Source: an uncultured Gemmatimonadales bacterium | GTDB lineage: Bacteria; Gemmatimonadota; Gemmatimonadetes; Gemmatimonadales; GWC2-71-9 | Length of the DNA stretch: 64,000 bases | Direction of reading: 5' to 3' | NCBI GenBank assembly: GCA_963730185.1 | Contig: CAVSQW010000007.1 | Location: 512,001 to 576,000 of the forward strand | Shown here: positions 30,948 through 40,692 of the stretch, piece by piece | How the letters are laid out: each line of letters starts with the position of its first letter | Position numbering within the stretch: position 1 is the stretch's first letter | Program-made: the position numbers and the translations under genes | Notes under the pieces: generated by a model | The model's input: the letters and a program-made list of their open reading frames with translations, nothing else | Told to the model about the DNA's origin: nothing | Database searches by the model: none

Positions 30948-31111
30948 GTCGAGACCGGGCCGCCGAGCCGGCGGCCAACTGGCTCGCGACCACCTGGCGG
31001 CTAGATTCCGGCGCCAGGTTTTTGTTTCTCCAGCTCGATCCGCTTCGCTTCCTTCCGGTCCGCTCCTACCAGCGGGCCGCGCCTCGCCGAACATCTCACC
31101 GTCGAGCGGTC

Positions 31112-32557
31112 ATGTCGGAGCTCAAGAAATCGCTGGGCGGCGTCCAATTCTTCACCATCGGGTTCGGCGCCATCGTCGGGGTGGGCTGGATCGTCTACAT
31201 GGGCCTCTGGTACGAGCAGGCCGGCCCGGTCGGCACGATGATCGCGTTTCTGGCCGGCGGGCTCCTCATGGCCTTGATCGCCCTCTGCTACGCCGAGCTT
31301 GCGACGATGTATCCGGTCGCAGGCGCCGAAGCGGCCTACGCCTACGGCGCTTTCGGTGGGGCGGTGGCCTTCGTGGTCGGCTGGGCCCTAGTGCTGATGC
31401 TCATCGCGGTCATTCCCTACGTGTCGGTCTCGCTTGCCTGGATCCTCGACGTCCTGATCCCTGGGATGGCCGGCCCCGTTCTCTATACCTGGCGGGGTCA
31501 GCCGGTCCGGGCCACCAGCCTCGCCATCGCCGTGTTCTGGACCCTCTGGCTCGGGGTGGTGAACTACCGGGGCATCAAGGGCGCTTCCCGATTTCAGGAT
31601 CTGTTGACCTTCGGCAAGATTGCCGTGTCGCTGCTCTTCTTCGCGGCTGGAATCTTCGGCGGACGGGTCGAGCACCTCGAGCCGATCTTTCCGCGGCCCC
31701 TCGGGGCGGGCGCGCTCGGCGGGATCGTGGCCGTGCTGAGCACCACGCCTTGGTTCTTCGGCGGCTTCAACCAGATTCCCCAGGTGCTGGAGGAGAAGTC
31801 GAGCGGGACCTCGGTCCGGTCGGTCGGGCTCATCGTGGTGCTGTCGGTCCTGGCGGCCGCCGTCTACTATGCCTTGGCCGCGCTCTCGGCCGGGATGGCG
31901 GCGCCGTGGCCCTCGATCGCCCGCCAGGAGCTGCCCGTCGCCGCGGCCTTCCGGGCCGCGTTCGGCTCGGAGCTGTTGGCCCGGGCGGTGCTGGTCGCTG
32001 GCCTCTTCGGCATCGTGACGGTGGGCAACGCCTGCACCATCGCCGCCACGCGGCTTCTCTTCGCGCTGAGCCGGGCCCGGGCCATCACCCCGGTCTTTCA
32101 GCGGCTCCATGCCGAGTATGGCTCGCCGGTGCCGGCCATCGCCTTCGTCACCGGGTTCGGCGTGCTGGGAAACTTTCTGGGGCGGAGCGGCATCGCGCCG
32201 ATCGTCAACGTGGGGTCGGTGGCGGCCGCGCTGGGTTACCTGATCACGGCGCTGGCGGTGCTCCGCCTCCGGCGGACCGCGCCCGACCGTCCCCGTCCGT
32301 ATCGGATGCCCCTGGTCCGCCTGGTGGGCGGGATCTCGGCCGCGGGGGCGCTGTTCCTCCTGGCGAGCTCGCTCCGCCAGCACTGGATCGACGCCAAGGG
32401 CGGGGTGCCGATCGAGTGGGTGGTGATCGTCGTTTGGGCGGCGATCGGGTTCGCGCTCTACCGCGCGGCCGGCCCCTCGCGCCGAGCGTTAGGCGAGTCG
32501 CAGCTCCGGCGGTTGGTGCTGGGGCTCGAATCGTCCCCGCACGAGGAGACCCGATGA
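31112..32557 (+). CDS. APC-family amino acid permease
   Basis: GAIVGVGW, CYAELATMYPVAG, about 12 TM. Confidence 0.92.
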   Translation: MSELKKSLGGVQFFTIGFGAIVGVGWIVYMGLWYEQAGPVGTMIAFLAGGLLMALIALCYAELATMYPVAGAEAAYAYGAFGGAVAFVVGWALVLMLIAVIPYVSVSLAWILDVLIPGMAGPVLYTWRGQPVRATSLAIAVFWTLWLGVVNYRGIKGASRFQDLLTFGKIAVSLLFFAAGIFGGRVEHLEPIFPRPLGAGALGGIVAVLSTTPWFFGGFNQIPQVLEEKSSGTSVRSVGLIVVLSVLAAAVYYALAALSAGMAAPWPSIARQELPVAAAFRAAFGSELLARAVLVAGLFGIVTVGNACTIAATRLLFALSRARAITPVFQRLHAEYGSPVPAIAFVTGFGVLGNFLGRSGIAPIVNVGSVAAALGYLITALAVLRLRRTAPDRPRPYRMPLVRLVGGISAAGALFLLASSLRQHWIDAKGGVPIEWVVIVVWAAIGFALYRAAGPSRRALGESQLRRLVLGLESSPHEETR

Positions 32558-32955
32558 CCGACGACACCGACGTCCCGACTCTGCTGGCTCGCGCTGCCGC
32601 CGGCTTGGACCAGGCCCTGATGGCACAGGACGCCCGGGCCGCGGCGAGCTACTTTACCCCGGCGGCCGTCCTCGGCGAATCGGGCCTGGACGACGTCCGA
32701 GGCCGGACCGCGATCGAGGCGTTCCTGGCCGAGGCCAACACCCGGCGCCGGGTCGAGTTCCATGCTCTGACCCGGGAGGAGCTGATCCTGCTCGGCGACC
32801 GGGCCGTCGAGGTCGCCCGGTTCGAGGAGGTCAAGCGCCGCCTCGGGGCGGAGCCGGAGCGGGAACGGGGCCGAACCGTCACGTTCTGGCGGCGCGAGCC
32901 CGACGGCGAATGGCGCATCGAACGGCTGGTGGTGAGCGATCTGCCCGCCCCGTGA
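32554..32955 (+). CDS. NTF2-like (SnoaL/DUF4440) protein
   Basis: RGRTAIEAF..WRREPDGEWRI. Confidence 0.78.
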   Translation: MTDDTDVPTLLARAAAGLDQALMAQDARAAASYFTPAAVLGESGLDDVRGRTAIEAFLAEANTRRRVEFHALTREELILLGDRAVEVARFEEVKRRLGAEPERERGRTVTFWRREPDGEWRIERLVVSDLPAP

Positions 32956-32981
32956 GTTGCCCGTCCTGACGGAGGAGTGAG

Positions 32982-34478
32982 ATGGTCCGGAACCTATGGA
33001 GGACGTTGGCGGGCTTCGCCGGCGGGCTGGTGCTGGCCTTCGTCCCGGTGCGAGCCTCGGCCCAGCAGGTCAGCTACGACCTGGTGATCAGCGGCGGACG
33101 GGTGATGGATCCGGCGAGCGGGCTCGACGCGGTTCGGAACGTCGGCGTCCGGGGCGGTCGGGTAGCCGTCATCACCACTCGCGCCCTCGCCGGCCGACGG
33201 ACCATCGACGCCCGCGGACTGGTGGTGGCACCCGGCTTCATCGACCTCCATTCCCACTCCATCCCCTTCGGCGGTGACCGCTGGCAGGTGCGTGACGGCG
33301 TCACCACCGCGCTCGAGCTCGAGGAGGGGGCCTTCCCGGTGGCGGAGTGGTACTCGCGGCTCGAGGGCAAGACCTATCTCAACTTCGGCGCCAGTGCCGG
33401 TCACATCCCGGCGCGGGTCGCGGTCATGGAGCACGCCACCTCGTTCGAGCAGGCCTTTGCGCTCCGACGGTCGGCCGAAGACCCCACGCCGCCCTGGTCC
33501 CACCGCCCCGCCACGGTGGAGGACCTGACCCGGCTGGCCACGGTGATCGAGGACGGCCTGGCCGCCGGGGGGCTCGGCATCGGCTTCGAGATCAACGAGT
33601 CGCCGGCCGCCTCACGCGAAGAGATCCTGATGCTCTTCACGCTGGCCAAGCGGCACGGCGTCCCGATCTATGCTCACCTCCGGCAGATGGGCAACGACCC
33701 GATCACCGGCAGCCTGGCCGGCGTCGATGAGGTGCTTGCCGACGCGGCCGTGACCGGCGCCTCGACCCATTTCGTCCATCTGGGCAGCTCGACCCTGGGC
33801 TACGCCCCGACCGCGATCCGGATGATCGAGTCCGCCCGGGCCCGCGGGCTCGACCTGACGGCCGAGGTCTATCCCTACACCGCGGCCTCGACCGGGATCA
33901 ACACCGCGCTGTTCGAGGGCGACTGGCAGGCCAGGCTGGGCATCGGCTACGCCGACCTGGAGTGGCCCCCGACCGGCGAGCGGCTGACCGCCGAGACGTT
34001 CGCCCGGTATCGGAAGGAGGGCGGGGCGGTGATCATCCACATGATCCCCGACTCGGTCGTCGCGATGCTGGTGGCCCGGCCGGGCGTGATCATCGCCAGC
34101 GACGCGATGCCGCTGATCGACGGTCGGGGGCACCCCCGCGGCGTGGGCACCTTCGCCCGGGTGCTCGGCCGCTACGTCCGGGAACAGCACGCCCTGAGCC
34201 TGATGGACGCGATTCGGAAGATGACCCTGCTGCCGGCCGAGCGAGTCCGGGGGGCCGCGCCTCGGATGGCGCGGAAGGGCCGACTCGAGGTCGGAGCCGA
34301 CGCGGACATCACCGTCTTCGACCCGGCCACGGTCATCGACCGCGCCACCTTCGCCGAGCCCGCCCAGGCCTCGGGCGGCATTCCGTACGTCGTCGTGAAC
34401 GGGGTGGTGGTCGTCGACCAGGGTGAGCTGGTGCCGGGCGTCGCGCCCGGCCAGGCGATCCGGCGCGGGAGCCCGTGA
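32982..34478 (+). CDS. N-acyl-D-amino-acid deacylase-like amidohydrolase
   Basis: APGFIDLHSH, YPYTAAST, HPRGVGTFARVLG, GADADITVFDP. Confidence 0.9.
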   Translation: MVRNLWRTLAGFAGGLVLAFVPVRASAQQVSYDLVISGGRVMDPASGLDAVRNVGVRGGRVAVITTRALAGRRTIDARGLVVAPGFIDLHSHSIPFGGDRWQVRDGVTTALELEEGAFPVAEWYSRLEGKTYLNFGASAGHIPARVAVMEHATSFEQAFALRRSAEDPTPPWSHRPATVEDLTRLATVIEDGLAAGGLGIGFEINESPAASREEILMLFTLAKRHGVPIYAHLRQMGNDPITGSLAGVDEVLADAAVTGASTHFVHLGSSTLGYAPTAIRMIESARARGLDLTAEVYPYTAASTGINTALFEGDWQARLGIGYADLEWPPTGERLTAETFARYRKEGGAVIIHMIPDSVVAMLVARPGVIIASDAMPLIDGRGHPRGVGTFARVLGRYVREQHALSLMDAIRKMTLLPAERVRGAAPRMARKGRLEVGADADITVFDPATVIDRATFAEPAQASGGIPYVVVNGVVVVDQGELVPGVAPGQAIRRGSP

Positions 34479-36355
34479 CTGCGGCGTCGTCCGCGGCCGA
34501 GGTGCGCGCCGCTTATCAGTCCAACCTCGAGCGCTGGCAGCGTGCCTACGAGGCCGAGACCGCGCGGTTCGCCCGGATCGGCCTGGTGCGGGGCCTGGTC
34601 TTCGTGGCCGCCGCCGGGCTCGCCGTAGCGATCGTCCTGCGGGTCGGCGGCGTCACCCCCACGTGGCTCCTCCTCCCCGTGATCGCGTTCATTGGACTGG
34701 TGGTGTGGCACGAGCGGGTCAGCCGCCGCCAGGCGGCGGCGCTCCGCAGCGTCAACTACTTCCTGCGCGGCTTGGCCCGGCTGGACGGTCGCTGGCTCGA
34801 GGGCGGCGACGACGGCGAACGGTTCCGGGACGACGCCCATCCCTACGCGACCGATCTCGAGCTGTTCGGACGCGGATCGGTCTTCCACCTGGTCTCCACC
34901 TGCCGAACCAACACCGGCGCTCTTCGGCTCGCGGGGTGGCTCCTGGCGCCCGCCGGGGTGGAGGAGATCGGCCGGCGCCAGGCGGCGGTTCGTGAGCTCG
35001 CTGGGAAGCTCGAGCTCCGCCACGCGCTCGCCGTGATCGGACCCGACCTCCGGGCGGGACTCGATTCGCGGGTGGTGCGCGACTGGGCCACCGCGCCCCC
35101 GGTCGGAATTCCGGCCTGGTACCGTGCCGGTGCTCTGCTTGCCGCCCTGGCCAACCTCGCGACCCTGATCGGGTGGGGTCTCGACTGGTGGAAGGGGTTG
35201 CCGTTCGCCGCAACGGCGCTGGTTGGTCTGATGGTGGCCTTCTCGATCCGGTCGAGGGTGGTCGGCATTCTCGCCGCGGCCGACGCCCCGACCCGCGAGC
35301 TCCGCCTGTTGGCGGCCCTCCTGGAGCGGGTCGCCGAGGAGCGGTTCGCCTGCCCGTGGCTCGAGGAGCTGGGCGGTCGTTGGCATCGATCGGGCGCCTC
35401 CCCCGCGCTCGAGGTCCGGCGCCTGGAGCGGCTGGTGGATCTGGTCGACGCCCGGCGGAATCAGATCTTCATGCCGATCGCCGGGGTCGTGCTGCTCGGG
35501 ACCCAGCTCGCCATCGCCATCGAGCGCTGGCGCGAACGAACCGGCCCCGCCGTGGTCGACTGGCTCGATGCCATGGGCGATCTCGAAGCCGCGGTGTCGT
35601 TCGGCACCCACGCGGCCGAGCACCCGGACGATGCGTGGCCGGTGGTGGCCGAGGGTCCGCCCCGCATCGTGGCGACCGGACTGGCGCACCCGCTCCTGCC
35701 GGAAGCCACCGTGGTCCGGAACGACCTGGCCCTCGGCGACCCCTGGCGCCTGGCCGTCATCAGCGGGTCGAACATGTCGGGCAAGAGCACCTTGCTCAAA
35801 GCGGTCGGCGTGAACCTGATGCTGGCGCAAGCCGGGGCGCCGGTGCGGGCCAGATCGCTCGCCCTGGCTCCGGCCGCGCTGGGCGCGTCGCTGGTGCTCC
35901 GCGACTCCCTGCTCGAGGGGCGCTCCCGCTTCTTCGCCGAGATCGTGCGGCTCCGCGACATCGTGGCCCTCACCGCGGGCGAGCGCCCCGTGGTCTTTCT
36001 CCTCGACGAGCTGCTGAGCGGGACCAACTCACACGACCGTGCGGTCGGCGCCGAGGGCGTGCTGAAGGGTCTGGTCGACCGGGGGGCCATCGGCCTGGTG
36101 ACCACCCACGACCTGGCCCTGACCCGGATCGCTGATGCCCTTGGCGACGGTGCGGTCAACTGGCACCTCGAGGACCGGTTCGAGGCGGGCCAGCTGGCGT
36201 TCGACTATCGCCTCAAGCCCGGCGTGGTGAAGCGGAGCAATGCTCTGGAGCTGATGCGGAGCGTGGGGTTGGAGGTGAGACGGGAAGGGACGGGGAGGGA
36301 CGGGGAGAGACGGGGAGAGACGCGGGGAGACGAGGAGTCACGGGGGGCGGAGTAA
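34475..36355 (+). CDS. Membrane-anchored MutS-family ATPase (MutS_V only)
   Basis: SGSNMSGKST, LLDELLSGTNS, TTHDL; TM segments; no mismatch-binding domain. Confidence 0.9.
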   Translation: MTAASSAAEVRAAYQSNLERWQRAYEAETARFARIGLVRGLVFVAAAGLAVAIVLRVGGVTPTWLLLPVIAFIGLVVWHERVSRRQAAALRSVNYFLRGLARLDGRWLEGGDDGERFRDDAHPYATDLELFGRGSVFHLVSTCRTNTGALRLAGWLLAPAGVEEIGRRQAAVRELAGKLELRHALAVIGPDLRAGLDSRVVRDWATAPPVGIPAWYRAGALLAALANLATLIGWGLDWWKGLPFAATALVGLMVAFSIRSRVVGILAAADAPTRELRLLAALLERVAEERFACPWLEELGGRWHRSGASPALEVRRLERLVDLVDARRNQIFMPIAGVVLLGTQLAIAIERWRERTGPAVVDWLDAMGDLEAAVSFGTHAAEHPDDAWPVVAEGPPRIVATGLAHPLLPEATVVRNDLALGDPWRLAVISGSNMSGKSTLLKAVGVNLMLAQAGAPVRARSLALAPAALGASLVLRDSLLEGRSRFFAEIVRLRDIVALTAGERPVVFLLDELLSGTNSHDRAVGAEGVLKGLVDRGAIGLVTTHDLALTRIADALGDGAVNWHLEDRFEAGQLAFDYRLKPGVVKRSNALELMRSVGLEVRREGTGRDGERRGETRGDEESRGAE

Positions 36356-36381
36356 GTTCCACGCCGCCCCCCGTGTCCCCG
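36279..36381. repeat. 10-nt tandem repeat (GACGGGGAGA-like) with partial inverted copy
   Basis: GACGGGAAGG GACGGGGAGG GACGGGGAGA GACGGGGAGA..., then CCCCCCGTGTCCCCGTC. Confidence 0.7.
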
Positions 36382-37044
36382 TCAGAATCCAAATCGCAAT
36401 CCCAGCGAGACCACTGGATAGTACTTGAGGTACGACCGGCTCTCGATGTCGTCCTGAACGTTCTGGATCTCCTGCTGCACGTTCTGGTCGAACGCCGCCT
36501 TCGCCTGACCCGTCAGGTTCGTCGTGCCGGTCAGGGCCACTTTCGGATACCCCGAGAAGACGACGCCCACGTCGAACAGCAGCGACACCCGGCCTCGGCC
36601 CGAGAAGCCCAGACCGGCATAGGGCGCGTACTTCGAGGCGTACCTCACCTCGCCGGTCAGCGAGCCGACGTCCGACGGCTGGTAGGTGGTCGTGCCGATC
36701 GTGATCGGCCCGGTCAGCTGCGCCTCGACCGTTCCCTGATTCGAGTTGTAGAGCATGCCGCCGGACAGGTGGAACGCGCTCCCGAGCGGATGCAGGTCCA
36801 CGATTGCCGTGGCGTTCTGGAGCTTCGGCTTGAGGGCGTAGTCGATGCCCTGGATGGTGGCGTTGCGATTGGTGGTGAAGTAGTAGCCCCCGACCCGGAG
36901 GCCGAGGTACTTGCCTCGGACCGACAGCTCGCCGCCGGCACCGAGCGTCGACGCCCGAAGGCCGATGCCGACCTGGGCCTGAACCGGAGCGGCAGCCGCC
37001 AGGACCGCCAACGTCGCACCTGCCAACATGATTCGCTTCATCAC
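36382..37044 (-). CDS. Outer-membrane beta-barrel protein
   Basis: Signal peptide VQA-Q, STLGAG, APYAGLG, YPVVSLGLRFGF. Confidence 0.8.
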   Translation of the reverse strand: MMKRIMLAGATLAVLAAAAPVQAQVGIGLRASTLGAGGELSVRGKYLGLRVGGYYFTTNRNATIQGIDYALKPKLQNATAIVDLHPLGSAFHLSGGMLYNSNQGTVEAQLTGPITIGTTTYQPSDVGSLTGEVRYASKYAPYAGLGFSGRGRVSLLFDVGVVFSGYPKVALTGTTNLTGQAKAAFDQNVQQEIQNVQDDIESRSYLKYYPVVSLGLRFGF

Positions 37045-37254
37045 CGCATCCCCCCGGATGGACGACTGCAGAGTCTTGCCCCCGCCCCCGCAGGGCCGGA
37101 GGGCGCACGATTCCTCCTGGCCGGGGTGGCAAGGACGAGGCCAGCCGTAACCCTCGAGCCCCGAAGGCCGTTCGAACCCGGGAAACGGGCCGTCCCTGGC
37201 ACAGCGCCAGACCAGCCGAAATGTTGGAAGTGAATGCAGTGAAGGAAGTTGCGC

Positions 37255-38169
37255 TCAGTGCTCCCCGGGAAGGGGCAAGGAGACCAGGATGGCCGTAACC
37301 GCGAGGAGGAGGGCGGCCGCCGCGGTTTCGAGCACCGCGGTTTTCCGGAGCGGACCGGCATCGCCTGCCGCTCGGAGTCGGGGAAGGGCCACTCGCCAGT
37401 GATAGGCCCCCAGGCCGGCCACCACCGCCAGGGCCAGCAGCTTGATCAGGAGAGTGCGCCCGTAGCCGGGGGTGAAGAGCGGGGAAACACCGCCCAGGTA
37501 CCGGTACCCCATGATGACCCCGGCGGCCATCGTCGTGAGGCCACTCGCCAGCGCGATCGGCGAAAACGCCGCGACCATGGCGCCGGCGCCCACGCCCTCC
37601 GCCCCGCTGGGTGCCAGGCCCACGAGCACCACCACCACGAGCGTTCCTAGCCAAGTGGCTCCGGCGCCGAAATGCGCGGCGTCCAACAGCCAGCCGTAGC
37701 GCCCCGCCTGCTCGATCGCCACGGCATGACCGGTCCAGGAGGCCGAGCCGGCCATGCCCAGGGCCACCAGCGCCGCGAGACCCCACCCGAGCCGGCCGGC
37801 CCGGCGAACGCCGGCGAGCCCCGCCGCGATCAGGCCGAGCACGGCGACGGTCGTTTGCGCCGTCCAGCCCTTACCCCAGGTCGTGCCCAGGACCAGGCCG
37901 AGGAACTCCCGGGTGATCGGCTCGTCGGGATCGGCCAGCGAGCGGGCCTGGAGATAGAGGCGGGCCGCGAGAGCGGCCAGGAGCACCAACGCGGCGCCGG
38001 TCAGCAGGCGGCCCAGGGGCGGCGCGGTCGGTGAGGGAGCGCCGGCGCCTCGCGCCGCCCGAGGCCACACCGCCAGCCGAAAGACCACCACCCCGATGAA
38101 CAGGAACGCGGCGAGGTAGTCGAGCCACCTCGCCGCGGCATAGAGGACGGACGGACCGTCCCAGGTCAT
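37255..38169 (-). CDS. copD: CopD-family copper transport membrane protein
   Basis: TGHA, AHFGAGATWLG, FSPIA, YGRTLLIKL; downstream of copC. Confidence 0.85.
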   Translation of the reverse strand: MTWDGPSVLYAAARWLDYLAAFLFIGVVVFRLAVWPRAARGAGAPSPTAPPLGRLLTGAALVLLAALAARLYLQARSLADPDEPITREFLGLVLGTTWGKGWTAQTTVAVLGLIAAGLAGVRRAGRLGWGLAALVALGMAGSASWTGHAVAIEQAGRYGWLLDAAHFGAGATWLGTLVVVVLVGLAPSGAEGVGAGAMVAAFSPIALASGLTTMAAGVIMGYRYLGGVSPLFTPGYGRTLLIKLLALAVVAGLGAYHWRVALPRLRAAGDAGPLRKTAVLETAAAALLLAVTAILVSLPLPGEH

Positions 38170-38531
38170 GGCTTGACGGTAAAGCCGTACTTTCCGCGCA
38201 CCGCGTGCCCGTCCGTCCCGGCCGTGCGCCAGGCTACGGTATAGCTGCCCGGCCCGATCGACTCGTTGAGATCGAACGAGATCGAGAGGGTGTCGTCCGT
38301 CGCCTTGGCCTTGCTGACGCCCACCTTGGTCTGATCGGCGCGATAGAGCGTGATGCTGCTGAAATTGGCTTCCGGCTTCTCGGCGAACCAGAGCCGAATC
38401 GCGGTCGGCGCCGTCGTCAGCTCGTCCTGGTCGGCGGGCAGACTCTTGGTCAGGTGGTTGTGATAGGCCCAGACCGGGGCCGCGATCAGGGTGGCCAGGG
38501 CGAGGGTGGTGGCGAGCGAACGAACGGACAT
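38166..38531 (-). CDS. copC: CopC periplasmic copper-binding protein
   Basis: Signal then HNHLTKSLP..., WRTAGTDGHAVRG. Confidence 0.9.
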   Translation of the reverse strand: MSVRSLATTLALATLIAAPVWAYHNHLTKSLPADQDELTTAPTAIRLWFAEKPEANFSSITLYRADQTKVGVSKAKATDDTLSISFDLNESIGPGSYTVAWRTAGTDGHAVRGKYGFTVKP

Positions 38532-38565
38532 GACGATCTCCGTCTCCTGGAAGCGTGGGTAGAGC

Positions 38566-39405
38566 TTAGGTGCTGACCGGGCCGTCTGGCAAGCCGCCCG
38601 CCGCGTCCCGGTCGGCCCGCCGTTCGGCGTGTGCCCACCGAAAGAAGATGATCGTGATCCCGATCCAGACGATCGGGTCGCCGATGACCTTCATGACCAG
38701 TCCCGCGGTCTGCTGGTCGTACCAGGCCGTGAGCAGCGGGTCGACCCGCGGCGCCATCTCGTACAGCCGGTAGAGCGGGTAGTCCGCGAAGGTGAGGAAC
38801 GCGGCCGGCAGCGTCGCCGGCACGGTCTGCAGGAAGAGATAGCCCATTTGCAGTGGTGGGCGGAGCCGGATCAAGCGCTCCGGCGCCGTCACCGGCAGCC
38901 AGAGGAGGAAGCCGGCCAGCACCCAGAGCATGTCCAGCGCGAAGGAGCCGAGCTGGCTCGCCATGAAGCCATCGACGATGGCCGGAAAGTGGGTCGCGAT
39001 CAGGATCAGGTTGTACCCGATCAGCCCGGTCGCGGGGTGCGAGGCGACTCGGAGCCATCCGGGTCCGCCCGCGTCGTTGTCGACCGCCCGGCGAAGCCGG
39101 GGCCGGAGCCCGAGCAGCAGCAGGGCCGGGGCCGTATTGGCCAGCAGCACGAACTGGAACGAATGCGCGCTGGCCAGATAGCCCCCGCCCAGTGTGCCGA
39201 GCGGCCAGTCGAGCGACAGCCAGAGGACCAGCGCCCCGAGCAGGTAGAAGAGGGTGGCCTGCCGCCGCTCGCGGTCGGAGGCGGTCCGGTCGCGACCGAA
39301 GGCCCAGTAGAGGCCGACCACGGCCAGGACGAAGAGCCAGACGCCGGGATAGGCTCGCCAGGTCCAGCTCCAGGGCAAATCGGTCGCCGAGCACCACCAG
39401 GTCAT
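38566..39405 (-). CDS. Cytochrome c oxidase assembly factor (Caa3_CtaG family)
   Basis: LDWPL..YLASAH, DQQTAGLVMK, multi-TM. Confidence 0.85.
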   Translation of the reverse strand: MTWWCSATDLPWSWTWRAYPGVWLFVLAVVGLYWAFGRDRTASDRERRQATLFYLLGALVLWLSLDWPLGTLGGGYLASAHSFQFVLLANTAPALLLLGLRPRLRRAVDNDAGGPGWLRVASHPATGLIGYNLILIATHFPAIVDGFMASQLGSFALDMLWVLAGFLLWLPVTAPERLIRLRPPLQMGYLFLQTVPATLPAAFLTFADYPLYRLYEMAPRVDPLLTAWYDQQTAGLVMKVIGDPIVWIGITIIFFRWAHAERRADRDAAGGLPDGPVST

Positions 39406-40025
39406 GAGCGGCGCGCGACTCCCGACCAGAGGCGACGGAGACCCGGCAGGTCGTCGGCCCAATCACGCTGCATCGTGCCGGCCGGATATTGGATGTGGAC
39501 CGAATCGTCCGGGGACACCACGATTACCTGGGCGGCGTGGGAGACGAAGTACTCGCCCGAGGGAAGGGTGGTATCGCGGACCGCGGGCGCGACCCCCGCC
39601 GCCTGCTGCGCGGCCTTGACCTGCTCGGGGGTTCCGGTCAGGCCGATGAAGGCCGGATCGAAGTGATGGAGCCACTCCGTCAGGCGCTCGGGCGTGTCGC
39701 GCTCGGGGTCGGTGGTCACGAACACCACGGAGATGTTCCGCCGGTCTTCGGCCGTGAGCCGCCCCAGAACCGCGCCGAGATTGGCCATCGTGGCGGGACA
39801 GACGTCGGGGCAGTTGGTGTAGCCGAAGAAGAGAAAGGTCAGCCGGCCGGCCGTGGCCCGGTCGAAGGCGAAGGGCTGCCCGCGGAGCGTGGTGAGCGTG
39901 AAGGCCGGGCGGGGCGTGGGGGTCGGTGGCACGAAGCCGTGGAGACCATCGATCGTCCTCGTGGTGGCCGGTCCGCATCCCGCGACGACCGCGACCACCA
40001 GCAGCAGCCCCCAAACCCTCGTCAT
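39402..40025 (-). CDS. SCO1/SenC copper chaperone lipoprotein
   Basis: FFGYTNCPDVCP, TTDPERD, VSH. Confidence 0.93.
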   Translation of the reverse strand: MTRVWGLLLVVAVVAGCGPATTRTIDGLHGFVPPTPTPRPAFTLTTLRGQPFAFDRATAGRLTFLFFGYTNCPDVCPATMANLGAVLGRLTAEDRRNISVVFVTTDPERDTPERLTEWLHHFDPAFIGLTGTPEQVKAAQQAAGVAPAVRDTTLPSGEYFVSHAAQVIVVSPDDSVHIQYPAGTMQRDWADDLPGLRRLWSGVARRS

Positions 40026-40059
40026 GCGACCCAAAATAACCGTGCCGCCCCCCGCTCGC

Positions 40060-40692
40060 TCAGCCCGCGGACGGATCGAGCCCGCGGGCGGCGCCTCGCG
40101 TTAGGCGGAGGAACGACCATTGGCCCGCCGCCGTGCCGATCAGCGCGCCCGCCACCACGTCGCTCAGGAAATGGGCCTGGGCCAGGATCCGGGTCATTCC
40201 GCAGCCGAACGCCAGGGCGTAGAGCACCGGCACCGCCCGGGGGAACCGCCGGTGGAGCGCCCCGGCCCCCCCGAACGCTACCGCGGCGTGGCTGCTGGGC
40301 ATCCCGAAGCCGCCGGAATAGAAGGGGCGGTCGGAGTAGGGCCGGAAGTGATAGAGGCCGGTCGCGTCGGGTCGCTCCCGCCGGACCAACAGCTTGATCA
40401 GCTCCGCCCCGAGCCCACCCACGATCATCGCCAGGACCACCGCGCCGGCGGCCCGCCGCTGCGCCACGGCCGGCGCGTCCTCCCGGCCCCGGCCCTCGAG
40501 CCAGATCGCCAGGGCCAGGAGGCCCCAGGTCGGCGCGTAGCCCATGGTGCGGAGGAGCCGGCCCCAGTCGCGATCGTTCACCCCGGGAACCACCACGTGG
40601 CGGTAGACCCACCCATCCGCCAGGTGGGCCGCCATCAGCAGCACCGCCGCCGCCGCGATCCAGTTCAGCGTCCGTCGCGTGGGGAGAGTCAT
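40060..40692 (-). CDS. PAP2-family phosphatase
   Basis: KLLVRRERP, PSSH, TRILAQAHFLSDV. Confidence 0.9.
   Translation of the reverse strand: MTLPTRRTLNWIAAAAVLLMAAHLADGWVYRHVVVPGVNDRDWGRLLRTMGYAPTWGLLALAIWLEGRGREDAPAVAQRRAAGAVVLAMIVGGLGAELIKLLVRRERPDATGLYHFRPYSDRPFYSGGFGMPSSHAAVAFGGAGALHRRFPRAVPVLYALAFGCGMTRILAQAHFLSDVVAGALIGTAAGQWSFLRLTRGAARGLDPSAG

Noticed and set aside
34475..36355. Canonical mismatch-repair mutS
   Set aside because: Lacks the mismatch-recognition domains and has TM helices; it belongs to a known MutS-like subfamily
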